Source: Terriglobia bacterium
GTDB lineage: Bacteria > Acidobacteriota > Terriglobia > Terriglobales > Acidobacteriaceae
Assembly (NCBI GenBank): GCA_963801595.1
Contig: CAWDFW010000026.1
Location: 18,695 to 82,694, forward strand
Reading direction: 5' to 3'
DNA length: 64,000 nt
Shown here: positions 50,924-61,299 of the stretch, piece by piece
Position numbering within the stretch: the stretch's first letter is position 1
Layout of the letters: each line of letters begins with the position of its first letter
Notes under the pieces: model-generated
What the model saw: only the letters and a program-made list of their open reading frames with translations
Database searches by the model: none
Told to the model about the DNA's origin: nothing
Program-made: the position numbers and the translations under genes

Positions 50924-52438
50924 CTAACCAACTTCCAAAACCGACGCAATCGCCGGGTACATCCGGCGGTATGCGGCGTAGCTCTCGTTCATGCGCTTAA
51001 CCGCTGCGGGTTGCGGAGCCACGCGTTGCGCGACTCTTACAACTTTGCTGCAGGCGGCATCGACCGAACTCCACACTCCGGCTCCGACTCCCGCCAGAAT
51101 TGCGGCGCCGTAGGCCGCTCCTTCCTCAGCTTCGAGAATCTCTACTTCGTGGCCGTACGCATCGGCCTGGATCTGGCGCCACAGGGGCGAGCGCGCTCCG
51201 CCGCCACCCAGGCGAATGTTTCTTACCGGCACTCCCATCTCGGCGAAGAGCGTGAACGAATCCCGCAGGCTGAACGCCACGCCCTCAAGGATCGCGCGGA
51301 CGATGTGTCCCCGGGTGTGCGAGGCGGTCAGGCCAATCAAGGCGGCGCGCGCGTTGGGATCAAGATGCGGAGTGCGTTCGCCCATCAGGTAAGGCGCCCA
51401 CAAGAGGCCGTCCGATCCGGGCGGGACTGCGGCAGCCTCCGCGGTGAGGCGCTCGTAGGGATCGCGCTTGTCGTCCTTGCTCGCCGTGCCCGCGCCAAAG
51501 GTGTCACGAAACCAGCGCAGTGAAAGGCCGGCAGCCTGGGTCACTCCCATGACGTGCCAGCGCCCGGGAACGGCATGGCAAAAAGTGTGCAGCCTTCCTC
51601 TGGCATCGAGTGACGGACGGTCGGTTGCGGCGAAGACAACCCCGGAGGTTCCGATGGTGGCGCTCACTGCGCCCGGCGCCGCGATGCCCATGCCGACCGC
51701 GCCCGCCGCCTGATCTCCCGCGCCGGCCACGACCGGCGTACCCGCCTGCAAACCGGTAGCGGCTGCCCCGCTAGTAGAAATCTTTCCGCAAATATCAGGA
51801 GATTCGAACAGCCGCGGCAGCAGCGACTCTTCTATGCCAGCCGCCTGCATGACCTCCCGGGACCAGCGGCGGTTCGCGACATCCAGCAGCAACGTACCGG
51901 AGGCGTCGGCCATGTCCGTGGCCCGCTCGCCGGTAAGCCGGAAGCGGACATAATCCTTGGGCAGCATCACGGAGCGCACCCGCGCCCAGTTCTCCGGTTC
52001 GTTCTCGCGCACCCACATGAATTTGGTCAGGGTAAAATTGGGCAGCGCAGGATTGCAGGTAAGGCGGATAAGCTCCTGGGACCCGATCTTATTGGTGAGT
52101 TCGCGGCACTGTTTTTCGGTGCGCACGTCGCACCAGATGAGCGCCGGACGCACCACCTGGTCCGCGTCGTCCAGCATCACCGCGCCGTGCATCTGTCCGG
52201 AAAATCCGACGCAGGCAATCTGATCGGAGCGGAGAGCCGCAGCCGCCAGTGCTTTTCGCACCGCCAGCCCGCAGGCCCGCCACCAGTCTTCGGGATCCTG
52301 CTCCGCCCAGCCAATCTGAGGTGAGGCGAATGGAGCGTGCTCCTCGGTAGCGGAGCCGAGTATCCGACCGGCCTCGTCCACAATCAGGGCGCGAGTTCCG
52401 CCGGTGCCGACGTCGATTCCAAGAACATGTGCTGGCAT
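50924..52438 (-). CDS. xylB: Xylulokinase
   Basis: Start MPAHVLGIDVGTGGTRALIV. FGGY-kinase motifs GFSGQMHGAVMLD, LPKDYVRFRLTGE, AGAGDQAAGAVGMG, GTSGVVFA, PYLMGERTPH, GGGARSPLWRQIQAD. Collinear with E. coli XylB as I recall it. Intact. Confidence 0.9.
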   Translation of the reverse strand: MPAHVLGIDVGTGGTRALIVDEAGRILGSATEEHAPFASPQIGWAEQDPEDWWRACGLAVRKALAAAALRSDQIACVGFSGQMHGAVMLDDADQVVRPALIWCDVRTEKQCRELTNKIGSQELIRLTCNPALPNFTLTKFMWVRENEPENWARVRSVMLPKDYVRFRLTGERATDMADASGTLLLDVANRRWSREVMQAAGIEESLLPRLFESPDICGKISTSGAAATGLQAGTPVVAGAGDQAAGAVGMGIAAPGAVSATIGTSGVVFAATDRPSLDARGRLHTFCHAVPGRWHVMGVTQAAGLSLRWFRDTFGAGTASKDDKRDPYERLTAEAAAVPPGSDGLLWAPYLMGERTPHLDPNARAALIGLTASHTRGHIVRAILEGVAFSLRDSFTLFAEMGVPVRNIRLGGGGARSPLWRQIQADAYGHEVEILEAEEGAAYGAAILAGVGAGVWSSVDAACSKVVRVAQRVAPQPAAVKRMNESYAAYRRMYPAIASVLEVG

Positions 52439-52790
52439 TTGCTGGGGCGCCGTGTACGTTAACGGCAGGCGGTAGCATAACACGATTCCCGACTGGCTCT
52501 TCTAGACCTGCACCCTGTGGGCGCGGGCGCCTTCGCCCGCGGCCTTTGACTCCATCTCTTTGCCACCCGCAAAATTCGGAACAACCCAATCACTCGGAAG
52601 TGAAATCCCAAGCAGCCCTCTTTTCAAAAACATTCTTTTCGTGTGCCTCCGCCGCAGCGGGCGAGTCGCCCGTACACAATGCGCAACTCCGCATGTCCGG
52701 GGGTCATAGTTGATTCGGCGACGTCCCGCAAGTTCCACGCCCGGTGGGTTACACTAGGAAACTTTCACTCGACTCTCAGGAGGAATCGCC

Positions 52791-53833
52791 ATGCCCGAAG
52801 CCACCCTTAGTGGCGCCGACTTCAAGAAGCAGCTGCGCGAAGGCCTGCCCAAGATGGGTCTGTTCCTGAACGCGCACAGCCCCACCGTCGCCGAGCAACT
52901 CGCTCACAGCGGCTATGACTGGTTGCTGGTCGATACCCAGCACGGTCCCATGGGCTACGAGAAACTTTCCGCCATGCTTTCCGGAATTTCAAACGGCGGC
53001 GCCAAGTCCATGGTCCGCGTCGGCGGATACGACGATCGCCCCGGCATCCAGCAGGCCCTCGACATGGGCGCCGACGGCGTTCTCGTTCCCTACATCAACA
53101 CCGCCGAGGAAGCCCGCCAGGCGGTGAGTTGCACCAAGTATCCCACCGGCGGGAACGCGCTCGGTTTACTTTCCCGCAGCGCAGCATGAACAAGGCCGGA
53201 CTTCTGGGATACGCCGGCAATTTCAACAACAACGGCATCGTCGCCCTGCAGGTGGAAACCGCCTCGTGCATCGAGAATATCGCGGAAATCGCCGCCGTGC
53301 CCGGCGTGGACATCCTGTTCCTCGGCCAGAACGATCTGTGCATGTCGATGGGACTTTACGAGAAGTACGAATTCCCCCACATGTACACCTCGCCGGAACT
53401 GGGCGCGGCCACCCAGAAACTGGTCGATCATGCACGCAAGAACAACGTCATTCTCGGACTCTTCCTCTTCGGCACCGCTCGCGTGGGCGAGTTCCTGGAA
53501 AAAGGTTTTACCTTCATCAGCGTCGGCAACGACCTGCACCATGTTCTGACCCAGGCTGGCGCCTACGTCAATGACATGGAAAAAATCGCCAGGAAAAAGG
53601 AAAGAACTGGAAGCGAAGACCGACAGCGCTGTTCTAAAAGGAAGATTCCTGTCACAGACCGTGTAGGGCGAGTCCTCGTCGCCCGGCGGAGCACAGCTCC
53701 GCTTCTTTCGGCGCCGGCAAAAACGTGTCGAGCTTCTCTCGACTGGGCAGATGAGGACATCTACCCCTACGTGGTCCGTGGAGCGCCACAAGTTCTTAGG
53801 CGGCCTGAATCCCCATCTCGGTACCCAGACTGA
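52791..53833 (+). CDS. HpcH/HpaI-family 2-keto-3-deoxy-sugar-acid aldolase; one frame switch near 53150; true 3' end probably about 53600-53665 rather than the in-frame stop at 53833
   Basis: GLFLNAHSPTVAEQLAHSGYDWLLVDTQHGP, MVRVGGYD, GADGVLVPYINTAEEA, ALQVETASCIENIAEIAAVPGVDILFLGQNDL. Fragments 52791-53189 and 53129-53833. Typical family length (about 265 aa) is reached near EKIARKK. Confidence 0.75.
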
Positions 53834-54375
53834 TCTGCTGGGCCTGAAACTCTGCCAGCGCCTTCTCCAACTTGTCCGCCAGCCCGGCGATGCCTTCGTC
53901 GTCGCCCTGGGGAAGTCCCAGGCTGTCGGTCCAGGTCCTTCCTTTGCTTCGTGACCTCCGAATCTGCCTTGTCCAGCTTTTTCGCCAGTTCCTTCAGTCC
54001 CGACTTCTGCGATTTTGTAAAGCTCTTCACAAAGATCTGTTTCCGCCCTGCACTTCTTCAACAGCATCTTTCAGGGAGGCGACTTGCTGAGAAAACTCAG
54101 CCGGATCATCGGCCTTCGCGGCTCAGCCGGAGCAGTTCCTGCGCCTGTTTCCTGGCGGCCTCCGTGCTCTTCGTCAGCGCCAGGAAATGGGATGCCTGGT
54201 CAGGAGTGGCCTGAACCGCCAGGGCGTGGTTGAAATCCGTCAGACTTGCATCGCTCGTTCCCGGCGCGCCCAGGAGCTCCGCGGCGTCCGCCGCCGCCGC
54301 CACCGTGTCCACCGTGCTGGGCCAGCAGACTGGGGCGGAGAGCAACAGCATCGCTCCCATAACCAGCAAGGCCAC
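53796..54375 (-). CDS. Putative exported coiled-coil protein, unknown function; about three frame switches
   Basis: Signal-like ALLVMGAMLLLSAPVCW, then HFLALTKSTEAARKQAQELL, ADDPAEFSQQVASLKDAVEEVQGG, KSFTKSQKSGLKELAKKLDKADSEVTKQRKDL, GIAGLADKLEKALAEFQAQQISLGTEMGIQAA, assembled from three frames by hand. Confidence 0.4.
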
Positions 54376-54565
54376 TCGTTCACTGCATGCCTTCCTTCCA
54401 GCGAACGGATTTGAGCCATAGCTAGTTTACGAGTATTACGAAAGCGTGGCAAGCGCGTAAAGACACGGTCAATTTCCGCAAACATTTGTAAACCGACGCT
54501 GGCCATGAGAAAAAGGCCAGGCTCATTTCTGAACCTGGCCTTGATATTCCACTGTCAACCGCAGT

Positions 54566-56002
54566 CTAGAACAAGTTCCAGAGGAACTGGTTGTAGACGT
54601 CGTGGTGATACTGCACTTCCGGCGCCTTCACGAACGTGCCCAGCAGACGCGGGCAGCGGTCGGCCGCGGCCTGCTTCAGGTCGGCGTACCGGCCCTTCAC
54701 GTCCTCGCCGAGCAGCTTCGGTGGTCCACTCCGCGTTCGTCGAAATTCGCCAGCGCGTCGTAGATGTTGTCCGGCAGGTAGCGTTCCGCCTGGCGCAGGT
54801 TCTTGATCTTCGCGGTGTCGCCGTCGATGCCGGTCTTGAAGATCGAGAGCATCACCATGTAAGGATTCGCATCCGGCGCCACCGAGCGGACTTCCACGCG
54901 CATGCTCTTGCTCGTTGCCGATCGGAATACGAATCATGGAGCCGCGATCCACCGCCGAAGCCTTGATCTGGTTGGGCGCTTCGAAGTGCGGATCCAGCCG
55001 GCGGTAGGCGTTCACGCTGGGGTTGAGCAGCAGGCAGATGTCGTTGCCGTGGGTGAGGATGCGGTCCACGAACTGACCAGCCGAACTTGCTCAGCTTCTC
55101 CTCGCCCTTGGGATCCCAGAACAGGTTCTTGCCGTCCTTGCTGATGGACACGTTGGTGTGCATGCCGCTGCCGTTCACGCCCACCACCGGCTTCGGCAGG
55201 AAGCTGGCGGTCAGCCCCATGTTGGTTGCGACCTGCCGGCAGATCAGCTTGTAGAGCTGGATCTGGTCGGCGGCAGCCACCACTTCGCCGTAGCCGTAGT
55301 TGATTTCGAACTGCGACGGCGCCACTTCCGGATGGTCCTTCTCGTTCTGGAAGCCCATGGCGCGCTGCACTTCGGCGGTGGTGTCGATGAACGTGCGCAG
55401 CGGGTCGCCGGGCAGCGAGTGATAGTAGCCGCCGGTGTTGACGTACTCGAACTTGCCGGTTTCGTGGTAGCGCCGCTCCGCGTCCACTCCCTTGAAGCAG
55501 GAAGCCTTCGATTTCGTTGGCCGCGTTCAGGGTGTAGCCTTCGTCCTTGTACAGCTTTTCGGCGTACAGTCTTGAGCATGCCGCGGATGTCGGCGGCGTA
55601 CGGCGTGCCGTCCTTGTCGATGACGTCGCCGAAGACCAGCACTTTGCCCGAGCCGAAGTAGTCGGCCGGCGCCCAGTAGAACGCCGCCCAGTCGATGCCC
55701 AGCCGCAGATCGCTCTCGCGCTGCGCCGTGAACCCGCGAATCGACGACCCGTCAAAGGTCAGGTTGTCCCAGCTCTTGATCAGAAACTTCTTGTCGTAGT
55801 CCAGCATGTGCAGCCGGCCTTCGAGGTCGCTGAACAGCACGGTCACCGCCTTGATGCGCTTTTCGTCGGTCAGGTACTTGAGCCGCTCTTCCTGGATCTT
55901 GTGCAGGGCTACGCGGTTCTTGCGCTGCTCTTTCGCCTTCAGATTCAACTGTTCCAGTTGGTCATACGAGAGTGCCAGAAAGTTGCGCAGATCGTTCAAC
56001 AT
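54566..56002 (-). CDS. glnA: Glutamine synthetase family protein; about five frame switches
   Basis: TAAGGAG RBS before ATG 56002. Beta-grasp VLFSDLEGRLHMLDYD..TFDGSSIRGF. Catalytic domain NEIEGFLL, HPEVAPSQFEINYGY, ASFLPKPVVGVNGSGMHTNVS, NAYRRL, RGSMIRIP, RVEVRSVAPDANPY. Fragments 55244-56002, 55012-, 54852-55487, 54566-55069 and 54697-54903. Confidence 0.85.
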
Positions 56003-56209
56003 GAATCTCCTTAGATGTGACTATCGACTTTGCCTACAGTGGGGATCGTACGGCTGGTTCGCACCCGAAAGAATAGCGCGAGCCCCACCCCGCGGCTAAT
56101 TAAAAAACCTTATAAGCCATATTGAAGAGATTTATCCGTGAATGTGTGGGTCGGAACTCCTGTCCGCCGCCTTTGCCTCTGATTCTCAAGGATCACCGAC
56201 CGTCGGCGG

Positions 56210-56237
56210 CCCCCCTCCAAGCTTCGCTTGGGCGGGG
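56210..56237. repeat. Hairpin repeat family C (diverged copy)
   Basis: cccccctccaagc-ttc-gcttgggcgggg. Confidence 0.6.
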
Positions 56238-56277
56238 ATTTACTCTCCGGGGAAATCCTCGAAAAAAGAGCGGACCG

Positions 56278-56769
56278 TCAATCCAAGGGCAGCAGGTATC
56301 CGGGCGTTCCGCCCAATCGCCCGCCCAGGGCTTGGGCGTCCAGTACCGCCATGTCCCAGGTGGTCCACGATTCGGGCGTGAGTCGTATGGTGACATCATC
56401 AAACGACGCAAACACCGGCCCGATGTGAGGATCGGACATCGCGCCTGCGCTCATGTATCGGCTGTGTATGCGCCGATTTATTTCCTGAGACTGCTCGCCC
56501 GAAATCACTTCCGCTCTCCCTGCAGCGGTGACACCCCGCTCTGCCCCAGGCTTTCGCACATCCACCATCAGCGAGGCTTTGGGCCGAGCCGCCACGTTAC
56601 GAGCTTTTCGGCTCTTGGAAGACGTCGCGACATACAGGCTGCCGGATTCAAACAGATACCAGACCGCAGTCAGGTGGATAGACCCATCGGCATTCTCAGT
56701 TCCAAGAGTCGCAATGTATCGTCCGCGAATTAATTCGTGGAAAGCCGGATCCAGGGTTTGACTCGGCAT
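56278..56769 (-). CDS. Pyridoxamine 5'-phosphate oxidase (PPOX) family flavin/deazaflavin-binding protein
   Basis: GGAGGA RBS before ATG 56769. YIATLGTENADGSIHLTAVWYLFESGSLYVATSSKSRKARNVAARPKASLMV is a typical split-barrel PPOX pattern. Intact. Confidence 0.7.
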   Translation of the reverse strand: MPSQTLDPAFHELIRGRYIATLGTENADGSIHLTAVWYLFESGSLYVATSSKSRKARNVAARPKASLMVDVRKPGAERGVTAAGRAEVISGEQSQEINRRIHSRYMSAGAMSDPHIGPVFASFDDVTIRLTPESWTTWDMAVLDAQALGGRLGGTPGYLLPLD

Positions 56770-56796
56770 TTTATCCTCCCCATCCATCTACTCGAA

Positions 56797-56824
56797 GGCC
56801 CCCGTCCAAGCTCCGCTTGGGCGG
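56797..56824. repeat. Hairpin repeat family C
   Basis: ggcccccgtccaagc-tcc-gcttgggcgg. Confidence 0.7.
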
Positions 56825-56852
56825 AAATTGTCGGCATCCGCACTCCATGCGT

Positions 56853-57656
56853 CTAAATCTGCGAACCACTCAACGGACTCAAATACAAATTGGAGATATT
56901 GCTCACAATCTCGTCATCCGCATACTGCGGCCGGTGCGACAGTTCCTTCCACGCTGGATCATTCACAAACACGTTCCACTTCGCATTCAAATCCGCCACG
57001 TCGGCAAACGTCAGCATGTAAGTCAGGCTCGGCATCCGGGACCCGATCAACGTGTCTCCGAAGAACACGGGAGCCAATCCCGTCCGCGTAAAGATCCCGA
57101 TCTCGGCTTCGTTGAACATCTGTACTTTGCGGACATGCCCCGCATAGCTCGCGCTCTCGTAGGTGCGCAGCTGAAAGATTCTTTTGTCACCCTTCGGCGC
57201 CACTATTTTCGGCCACCCGGCAAACGCGGACATCAGCCAACTCTCCACCCGCACAAACGCCGGCGCCGACGCCGGCGCTCCCCAGAATGCCGCCGACGCT
57301 TTCATGAACTCCGCATCTTCTGTCAGCCGCAAGTCCAGCGTCACCAGCGCATCCACCGAGGATGCCGGAATCAGCAAATAGTACGTCGGGGTCTCCGGCC
57401 CGATATCCAGCTTGAACGCACCGACCGGGGCCATCGCCATCCGATTCAGCGCTGGAATCAAAGCATGCTCAAAATAGTTTTGGACCAGCGCCAACTGCGG
57501 CCCGGTTTGCAGCGCATACTTCCGCAATTGATAGAACTCCCGAGAAGACGACGCCATCGCCAGCCCGTCCCCAACGCTCAACGCCGCTCCCGCCATGGCA
57601 ATTGCCGATGCAACAAAATCTCGCCTCTCCAAAGAGATCCTCCCATTAAACGGCAC
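56853..57656 (-). CDS. Double NIPSNAP-domain protein with twin-arginine signal
   Basis: MPFNGRISLERRDFVASAIAMAGAALS (Tat), followed by two repeats of the YxLRxY NIPSNAP pattern (FYQLRKYALQTG.., IFQLRTYESASY..). Intact 267 aa. Confidence 0.7.
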   Translation of the reverse strand: MPFNGRISLERRDFVASAIAMAGAALSVGDGLAMASSSREFYQLRKYALQTGPQLALVQNYFEHALIPALNRMAMAPVGAFKLDIGPETPTYYLLIPASSVDALVTLDLRLTEDAEFMKASAAFWGAPASAPAFVRVESWLMSAFAGWPKIVAPKGDKRIFQLRTYESASYAGHVRKVQMFNEAEIGIFTRTGLAPVFFGDTLIGSRMPSLTYMLTFADVADLNAKWNVFVNDPAWKELSHRPQYADDEIVSNISNLYLSPLSGSQI

Positions 57657-57660
57657 TCAA

Positions 57661-57702
57661 GGGTGCCCCGTCCAAGCTCCGCTTGGGCGGGTCTTTTCAC
57701 CC
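57661..57702. repeat. Hairpin repeat family C
   Basis: gggtgccccgtccaagc-tcc-gcttgggcgggtcttttcaccc. Confidence 0.7.
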
Positions 57703-57709
57703 TTAAATT

Positions 57710-58476
57710 CTATTCGTCGAGATAATACTGCACCGACGTCACCACCCGGACAGTCTTCATGACACTGCTGTCGCCACCGAAATTCCCGCCGCCTTCCCCG
57801 CGTATCGCCGCCCGAGTCGGCGGCCAGTATGGAGAACACGCCCTGGTTCGCCTGCCGAATCGAACCCACCTTGCTGCCGGAATCCGCCGCAAAACGATTC
57901 GCGGCAGCGCGGGCGTTCCGGGTCGCTTCGGTGATCATGTCGGGCTTGATGGAATTCAATCCGGTAAATTGGTAGGTCAATCCCTGGCCAGGATTGGTGC
58001 TCAACACAATGCCTTTCTGCAACAGCAGCATGGTTTTCTGCGCCGCCGCCACAACCTGGTCGACTCGCGAAGTCCGCACCGTGATTTGCTGTTCGACAAT
58101 ATAGCGGCGAGGCGGCCCGGGTCGCGCCTCCATATTCGTTCGCCTGCGTATCCACGACACGGATGACTCCCAATTCGATTTCGGACGACTGAATTCCCTG
58201 GTCCGCCAGAAACTCCAGAATAGCTTTCTTATCGGACTCCGCTTTCGCATACACCAGAGACAGATCATCTCCGGCTTCTTTATAAGTAAGCGGCCATACC
58301 GCAAGGTCGGACTTAACCTTGCGCTCCACCAGACCTTTTACGGTGACGTAGCGGTCGCTCAATCGAGTCGCTTTGATCTGCGCTCCCAACACCCAGCCGC
58401 CAACAATCAGCCCAAGCGCAAGCAACAACCCAAGCAAAGCCGCGTTCCCGCGACTGACTAACTTTTCGTCATTCAT
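57710..58476 (-). CDS. SIMPL (DUF541)-like membrane-anchored protein; two frame switches (about 58130 and 57800)
   Basis: N-terminal anchor NAALLGLLLALGLIVGGWVLGA, then RYVTVKGLVERKVKSDLAVWPL, YIVEQQITVRTSRVD, GSKVGSIRQANQGVFSI, KTVRVVTSVQYYLDE. Fragments 57757-58476, 57657-58304 and 57710-57892. Confidence 0.6.
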
Positions 58477-58626
58477 AAAAGCCGACAGCCTCCGTCGCTG
58501 CTCTGCACGCTTGCACTTCTGTGACCAAAAACAACCGGGTTTTCCATTCTTGCGCGTTCCTTGGGCAAGAGTGGGATTCCACGGACGCCGATCTTATGGA
58601 CCTTCCCTGATCCCACTCAGTTGGAC

Positions 58627-59517
58627 CTAGTAGAGTATCGACGGAAGAAAAGCCCCAGCAGGTTCTTTATAGAAGCCGAGGGTCATAAGGGTCATCGGCT
58701 GCACCACGCGGAGTCCATTCTCGAGACACCATCGAAACAAACCCGCATTCCGCGTCGGGACAAGAATGCCCGGCCCTAGAAATCCATCAGCGTTTGCGAT
58801 CAGCGCCTGGACACCCGGGTTCGTCTCGCCGACTATGTGTCCGAAAAAACCGACCTGTGTGGAATATGCCACGATTCGCCCTTCTTTCACGGCGACCACC
58901 GCCGTTCCTTGTGCAATCGCGTCGCGCAACTCGCCGCTGCGATCGTGACCATGAACGCGCAGGCAAAGCCGGTTGCACTCCTCCAGATCCGACACCCGTG
59001 CCGGACACACGCTGTAACCCGGAGTCGCCAACTTGATCGCCGGCCCTTGCATCGCCGATATCGGCTCACGCGTATCAAATCCGAGCTTGGCGTAAAGAGA
59101 AAGCGACCGGTTGTGAAAGGCCGCCTGCAGCAGCCGGGCACCTTGGAAACCCCGTTCCGCCGAGCGCGCCAGCACCGCTTCCATAAGCGCCCGCCCGACA
59201 CCCTTGTTCTGAATCTCGGGATCGATCGTAATCGGCCCCACCCCCGCAATCTCCGAGCGCTCGTCAAGACAGTTGCTGCCCAGAATCTGCCCGCCCGATT
59301 CCGCCACTACGCAATAGAAACCGGGATGACTGAACATCATCGAAAGGACACCCACCGCCACTTCAACCGACGGAAAGTCAGGCGGAAAACCGTGCTCAGT
59401 TGAAATCTTCGTGAAGGCGTCATAGCAGATCCGCCCACAGACCGGGGCATCCTCCACCCTGGCTTTGCGGACTGCTACAGGTGAAGTGTTAAACGCAGGC
59501 TGGCGCAATGTTGCCAC
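58627..59517 (-). CDS. GNAT family N-acetyltransferase with extra C-terminal domain
   Basis: GTG 59517 after GGAGA. The acetyl-CoA motif region is GVGPITIDPEIQNKGVGRALMEAVLARSAERGFQGARLLQ. The longer ORF start at 59667 would translate a family-C hairpin, so it is not used. Confidence 0.75.
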   Translation of the reverse strand: MATLRQPAFNTSPVAVRKARVEDAPVCGRICYDAFTKISTEHGFPPDFPSVEVAVGVLSMMFSHPGFYCVVAESGGQILGSNCLDERSEIAGVGPITIDPEIQNKGVGRALMEAVLARSAERGFQGARLLQAAFHNRSLSLYAKLGFDTREPISAMQGPAIKLATPGYSVCPARVSDLEECNRLCLRVHGHDRSGELRDAIAQGTAVVAVKEGRIVAYSTQVGFFGHIVGETNPGVQALIANADGFLGPGILVPTRNAGLFRWCLENGLRVVQPMTLMTLGFYKEPAGAFLPSILY

Positions 59518-59612
59518 AAATATCTCCGGTTCAACTTTGACGACGCGGAAGTGTATCGCGGATGAGGGCGATCTTTCCAGATGAGGATCGAGTCCCAGAT
59601 CAAATGTCGAGA

Positions 59613-59650
59613 GGGGTGCCCCGTCCAAGCTCGGCTTGGGCGGGGGTCTT
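59613..59650. repeat. Hairpin repeat family C
   Basis: ggggtgccccgtccaagc-tcg-gcttgggcgggggtcttc. Confidence 0.7.
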
Positions 59651-59881
59651 CTGCAGCCATCTGCCAAGGCTGTTATCCCGAGAGAAGTCGAGGGACCTGC
59701 TTTCCTTCCGCCACATACAAAAGACTGTGGCGGGCGGTCAAATGCCTCCCTTCTGCCGCTACGCTGGAACAGTCGGGCCGGCCAAGTTTATCCCCATCCA
59801 CCATCTGGACGAGACAGGTGTAGAATAGCTGCCGTTTTGGCGGTCAGAACGGAAATTCTAGTCTTCAGGGAGAAAACCCTT

Positions 59882-61096
59882 ATGAAGCCAAGGCTGACGA
59901 GACCTGTGCTTGCGTTGTTCGCATTTGCGGTGGCGGCTGCCATTGTGGTAGCAGAGGAACAATCGCGCAACGTTCTGGGAAAGATCGACCACCAGGCTCT
60001 TCTGGAGGCGGCCCCGGGCATCCCGGCCACCGCTGTGGAAGCCAGCAGACGGGCCTACGGTACAGAAATCAACGCGAACGCGGACACTGCCGCGCTCGAC
60101 TCGTTCTATGCTCCGTTCTACAAGCGGGTGGATGCCGCCCGCGACGTGATCAAGGATGCCGTGGACGCACGGTCGGCGCATCAGGAGGCCTTGGCACAAC
60201 GGACCAAAGCGCAGGCGGATGCCAGTCCGATCGTCAACCGGATGGGTGGCACAGACAAGATCGGTGAGATGTCCGAAGCAGAGGCACAGCAGGCCGCGAT
60301 CCAGGCAGCCGGAGACTATCAGCAGAGTCTTTCGGGAGCGCCCGGAAACGCTCCATCCGGCGGCGGCATGCAGGCCATGATGCAGCGGATGATGAACGAT
60401 CCTGCCTATCAGGAGCGCTTCGAGAAGATGACGAAGCAGGAACAAGAAGCCGAAATGCGGAAATACATGGGCAACGAGCACGCACCCGCACCGCCCACCG
60501 GAGAGACGGCTGCGGAGCGACGGGCAAAACGGGCCACCCACGAAACTGCGGCCGTCATAGCCAGGCAGAAAGAGCTCTCTGACATCAAGCAACGGATAAT
60601 CGGAATTGACGCGGTGTTTGACAAGAAAGACCAGGCGATTCTGGCAACACCCGGCGGCTATGACCAGATTGCCAAGGAGATTTCGGCAAGAATCGAGAAG
60701 CTCCCGGTGGTCGCGACTGGCGAAGCCGGGGACATGGTCGACCCGGCCAGGCTGCAGGCGTTACAGCGGGAGCAAGCTACGCGCGAACGCACCCGCGCCA
60801 CGTGGGAGCTTCAGCAACGCGCTGCTCTCTACGGCCAGCGCAAAGCCCGGTGCAAAGAGGCGGCCGCCGCTTACACGGCGTGGCTCAAGCAGAACCTGGG
60901 ACCGCTCACCAGCCAAACCGCCCAGGTGCTGGACGACGCCACGATCGAAATGGCAGTGGGCGTTGAAGAGGATCTGATCGCCGTATCTGAAAACCTCGCC
61001 AAATACACCGCCGAGGCAACCCGATATGCTGCGCAGTACGAGCGGTCCTATCAGGCCAGGATGAGTGAGCCGGCAGCTCGTCCTTTTACTAAATGA
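59882..61096 (+). CDS. Secreted alpha-helical hypothetical protein (404 aa)
   Basis: ATG 59882, signal peptide MKPRLTRPVLALFAFAVAAAIVVA, then low-complexity Q/A/E/R-rich helical sequence. No domain recognised. Intact. Confidence 0.6.
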   Translation: MKPRLTRPVLALFAFAVAAAIVVAEEQSRNVLGKIDHQALLEAAPGIPATAVEASRRAYGTEINANADTAALDSFYAPFYKRVDAARDVIKDAVDARSAHQEALAQRTKAQADASPIVNRMGGTDKIGEMSEAEAQQAAIQAAGDYQQSLSGAPGNAPSGGGMQAMMQRMMNDPAYQERFEKMTKQEQEAEMRKYMGNEHAPAPPTGETAAERRAKRATHETAAVIARQKELSDIKQRIIGIDAVFDKKDQAILATPGGYDQIAKEISARIEKLPVVATGEAGDMVDPARLQALQREQATRERTRATWELQQRAALYGQRKARCKEAAAAYTAWLKQNLGPLTSQTAQVLDDATIEMAVGVEEDLIAVSENLAKYTAEATRYAAQYERSYQARMSEPAARPFTK

Positions 61097-61141
61097 ACCA
61101 ACCCAGAATCGCACAGGACGCGGAAGGATGGGCCACCTCTC

Positions 61142-61240
61142 TCAGATCTTGAGGAAGTAGAGGGTGAGCCGGCCGCCCGGTAGATCAGTCATCGGCTGCA
61201 CCACGCGCAGCCCTGTTCTCGCACCAGCGAGACAGCAGAC
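61142..61240 (-). pseudogene. Relic of the 3' end of a GNAT paralog
   Basis: 20/20 nt identity between gtcatcggctgcaccacgcg at 61188-61207 and 58691-58710. With one frame correction the relic reads GLLSRWCENGLRVVQPMTDLPGGRLTLYFLKI*, compared with GLFRWCLENGLRVVQPMTLMTLGFY.. in gene 58627-59517. Confidence 0.5.
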
Positions 61241-61244
61241 CTCA

Positions 61245-61299
61245 GGCGCTAAAGCGCCAACAAGTTTGCAGGGAATTGCGGCACGGCTGAAGCCGTGCC
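61245..61299. repeat. REP-like hairpins (TAAAG / TGAAG loops)
   Basis: ggcgcTAAAgcgcc (61245-61258) and ggcacggcTGAAgccgtgcc (61280-61299). Confidence 0.6.

Noticed and set aside
53090-54067. 325-aa minus-strand ORF spanning the aldolase 3' half and the next gene
   Set aside because: Its 3' two-thirds is antisense to the well-supported HpcH aldolase. Only short stretches near 53800-54060 share sequence with the hand-assembled coiled-coil gene, and in a different frame. It is a chimeric shadow ORF.
56003-56130. NtrC/sigma-54 promoter or a glnA-type leader RNA upstream of the glutamine synthetase gene
   Set aside because: No GG-N10-GC element or recognisable riboswitch-like conserved structure could be read in the spacer. 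Only a good RBS (TAAGGAG) is evident.
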